Origin: Malacoraja senta
Taxonomy: Eukaryota
Assembly: GCA_038087875.1 (NCBI GenBank)
Contig: CM075978.1
Coordinates: forward strand, 98,022,001 to 98,086,000
Reading direction: 5' to 3'
Length of the DNA: 64,000 nucleotides
Positions 60,500 to 64,000 of the stretch are shown here, piece after piece. The notes under the pieces are model-generated. The model had not been told where the DNA came from. It made no database searches and was given only the letters and a program-made list of their open reading frames with translations. Position numbers and translations under genes: made by a program. Each line of letters begins with the position of its first letter. Position 1 is the stretch's first letter.

Positions 60500-61392
60500 A
60501 GATGTCAGCATTGGAGTGGCGGCGCTGCCTTGGCAGCTGCAGCTTGCCTGCAGTCCATCTGTTTTTTCCTTTTTTTGTTGTTTTCTTGTCCTGTTTTAGC
60601 TTATTAATTTGAGTTATTAGGTTGTGTATGTGTGGGGGGGTGGGAGAAACGTGTTTTAGTCTCTTCCTTCAGGGGATGCGACTTTTCTTGTCGTATCCCC
60701 CGTCTCCGTCTCCGCTGAGGCCTAATGGCGGAGCTGGCGGCCGACCTCGAGGCTCCGGAGGCAGAGCCAGCCAGGACTTACCAGCTCGAGGCTGGCCGAC
60801 TTCGGGGCTGTGGCGAGTTCTGGCGTTCCGGCGGCGGCACGACTCGGGGCTGAGGCGGCGGTGGCCCAACTCGGGGCTGAGGTGGTGTTCCGGCAGCCCA
60901 ACTCGGGGTTGTGGCGGCGTTCCGGCAGCGGCGACCTGAGTTCGGAGGTTCGGCCGCGGGCCCAGTGGACGACATCGTCGGGAGCTCGCAGGTCACAGGT
61001 TGGTGACCTGTTTTTTCGGAGCTCCCGCAGCAACAGCTTCGTCCGCTGGACTGGAGGGCGGCAGCTTCGATCACCCCGGGCCTCGGAGATTGAACCGGCC
61101 CGTTCGCGGAGCACGGTTGAGCCGCGGGACTTACTTACCATCACCCGGTGGGGGTCACAACATCGGAGGCCTGGATCGCCTCAGCACAGAGGGAGAACAA
61201 GGAGGGAAGAGACAAAGACTTAAGATTTTTGCCTTCCATCACAATGAGGAGGTGTCTAGTGAACTCACTGTGGTGGATGTTAAATTTGTGTTTATTGTGT
61301 GTTTTGTTATTTTATTATATGTATGACTGCAAGGCAACAAAATTTCGTTCAGACCGAAAGGTCTGAATGACAATAAAGTTTCCAAGATCCAA
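60500..61392 (+). mobile_element. GC-rich non-coding retroposon with LINE-type 3' end (unclassified)
   Basis: CpG-rich body with internal repeats; 3' stem-loop, tgacaataaa and (ccaagat)n; partial homolog at about 21720-21905. Confidence 0.6.
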
Positions 61393-63051
61393 GATCCAAG
61401 GATTACTGATCTGTAGTCTCGTCACTGAATGAAGAAGCTGTGCAAGAATCAATCTGATCAATCTTTGTTGCACTCCCCCTCTGGTCATAAACCTGTCTTT
61501 CCATAGTTCAGGAGATAAGAACATTATGGAAGGATGGAAGATCAGATATGAAAGAAGTGGTAATAGCATTCCCATTTGCATCTGCTGCTCTTGGCTGACC
61601 AGATGGTGGTTGTTGGGAGCTTTGAAGTTGGTGAGTTGTTGCAGTATTTAGTTTAGGAATACAGTGCCAGCTCAGCTGCCAAGCTTCAACAGCTTAACTG
61701 CAACAGACTGCAGATTGGTTCATTGAATGTGACCTGAAAATGCCTGGCAGTTTCTCCCACCCTCCCGACCTCAGAGGGTTGAGATTGCTGCAGTTTTCAG
61801 ATCACAAGTGGCGGATTTATGGAATAAGTGACTAGAGGAGGTGGCAGAGGCAGGTACAATTACAATGTATACTAATCATTCGGATAGGTACATGGATAGG
61901 AAATGCATATGGAATTAGTTTAGATAGCTACTTCAATCAGCATAGGGGCTGAAGGGCCCATGTCCATGCTGCACAATTCTACGAAATAACTGACTCACCT
62001 GATTTCAACTAACTAAATGCACACCATGGATTGAACCTGGTGTGACCTGGTAAATGGGTGGATAAACTGGAAGGCTTTATCCTTATAGAGATTACCAGAA
62101 TACAAAATTATTTTGTGAAGAAAGCTCCACTGTTCCAGTTGCTTAAGATCAGCCAGAAGTCACTTGGATCTATTGTTCCAAGTTAGATTTTACCCTACAG
62201 TGATTGGCACAGACATTTGTATCAAAATATTTATTGCCAAATCCTGAACCTTTTTTCTTATGAATGCATTACAATTCACCTCAACAACTTCAGGTGGTAG
62301 CAATTCTTCTGCATTCACTTGTCTCCAAGTTCTCCCGATTTCTTGCGGATTCATTTGTGACTACCACAACCACTGAATGCATGACACTGACCTCAAGTAA
62401 TTTCCACAGGGAGTTTACGCATTCTCTATGAACGCAAGAGTTTCTCCTGGATATTCCAGTTCCCTCACATAACCCCCAAAACATCTTGTTGGTAGTTAAC
62501 TGGATTACTGTAAATTGCCTGAATTGGGTGGGTGGCAGAGTTGATGAGCAAGCAAGAAAAAATATGTTATGGGGAAGTGGCGAATGGGACTGATGAGAAT
62601 TCTGAGAGCTTGCACACTTCCAATGGGCCACATGGCCTCCAGCTATGTCATGAGGTGGAAAAAAAATTATACTTATGATGCCTAGTTTGGTTGCTATCCA
62701 AGTAGAAACATCGAAATGTTTCCCTGATTAAAATCCTTGCATCATTTTGAAGACATCTAGAAATAAGGGAGATGTTCTGATAAAAGTAAAAAGGCCCAGA
62801 CTGTTCTGTGTGTCCAGATGGCAGGACACCAGTGTCATCAGTGCACATATTTCTTGTAAATTCTCAACAGACTCATTCTTTTTATAATATGGAGATTCGA
62901 ACAAGTGCACGGCATTTTAAGTGTGGTCTAAAGTGAGACGTTAACTAAAGATTAGTCATCCCAATCGTGAGACAGAGCATTAAATGAGCCATTAAATGTT
63001 CCCTCCATCCTCTTGTGGTTGTTATTTACAGTATAGTAGGGACGTATATTC

Positions 63052-63423
63052 GGGGCGGCATGGTGGCACAACGGTAGGGTTGCTGCCTCACAGCGCCAGA
63101 GACCCAGGATCGATCGTGACCGCGGGCGCTGTCTGTACGGAGTTTGGACGTTCTCCCCGTGACCCGTGTGGATTTTCTCTGGGTGCTCCGGTTTCCTCCC
63201 ACACTCCAAAGACGTACAGGTTTGAGGAATACTTTATTGTCACATGTGACAAGGCACAGTGAAATTCTTAGCTACATACCCATGGTTTGCAAATAGTGGC
63301 CACCTACGGCGCTGACAATTTTAAATTGTCCCTAGTGTGTGTAGGATTGTGTTAGTGTGCAGGGATCGCTGGATGGTGTAGACTCGGTGGACCGAAGGAC
63401 CTGTTATCTCTAAACTAAACTAA
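63052..63423 (+). mobile_element. HE1-type SINE interrupted by an inverted non-LTR tail (about 63225-63318)
   Basis: Head and core 63052-63224, tail 63320-63423; the insert carries tttattgtcac (reverse complement of gtgacaataaa). Confidence 0.8.
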
Positions 63424-63599
63424 ATGCTGCAGCAACTCACCAACCAACAAAACCTTGAAAGCTCACAACAACCATCATCTAGTAAGCCAAGAGCAGCAGA
63501 TATGAATGGGTATGCCATTACCTCTTTTTTCATATCTGATCTACCACCCTTCCAAGTATGGAAGTATGAACAGTATTCCTTCCTCAACGTTGCAGGAGC

Positions 63600-64000
63600 A
63601 GTTAGAAATTGGTAAATATGATGTTGTGGGAATTACACAGACATGGCTGCGAGGATCAGAGCTGGGAACTGAATATTCAGGGGGTATACGTCCTATCGAA
63701 AAGACAGCTAGATGGGCAGAAGGGGTGGGGTAGCTCTGTTGGTAAGGAATGAAATTCAGTCCCTTGCGAGGGCTGACATAGAATCAGATGTAGAGTCATT
63801 GTGGATAGAACTGAGAAATTGTAAGGGTAAAAAGACAATATTGGGAGTTATCTACAGGTGCCCAAACAGTAGCATGGACTGAGATAGGGTGCAAGTTGCA
63901 TCAGGAGTTAAAGTTAGCATGTAACAAAGGTAACGCTACAGTGGTTAGGCGAGATATCAACTGCAGGTAGACTAGGAAAATCAGGTGTTTGTAGAGTGCA
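63600..64000 (+). mobile_element. CR1 LINE endonuclease fragment running to the window end
   Basis: KYDVVGITQTWL, GGVALLV and ESLWIELRN across shifted frames. Confidence 0.8.

Noticed and set aside
60622-61326. Several 100-140 aa ORFs as a nested gene
   Set aside because: Low-complexity translations of a GC-rich repeat with no domain signature.

Overview
This is eukaryotic vertebrate genomic DNA, most likely from a cartilaginous fish (shark, skate or ray), judged from the HE1-type SINEs and the CR1, Rex1 and Penelope repeat landscape. The window lies inside one minus-strand gene, the RhoGEF PLEKHG1 (DH + PH domains). I reconstructed 15 GT-AG-bounded coding exons between 57251 and 741. Their phases join into one open frame of 3126 nt (about 1041 codons), including 17-, 34- and 36-nt mini-exons; the terminal exon and any upstream exon(s) appear to lie outside the window. 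The introns are packed with transposable elements: tRNA-derived SINEs, CR1 LINEs (one nearly full length), Rex1/Babar-type LINE pieces, a young Penelope-like element, two PIF/Harbinger-type MITEs and a hAT-like element hosting nested insertions. There is a 242-nt assembly gap at 11456-11697. The most notable non-obvious signal is a minimal hammerhead-ribozyme motif in the Penelope 3' terminal repeat, present in about 8 intronic copies, alongside related fold-back derivatives. This matches a known class of Penelope-associated ribozymes, so I do not claim a wholly new system. TE family names come from motif recognition, not database searches, and fragment boundaries are approximate unless a TSD or TIR is quoted.
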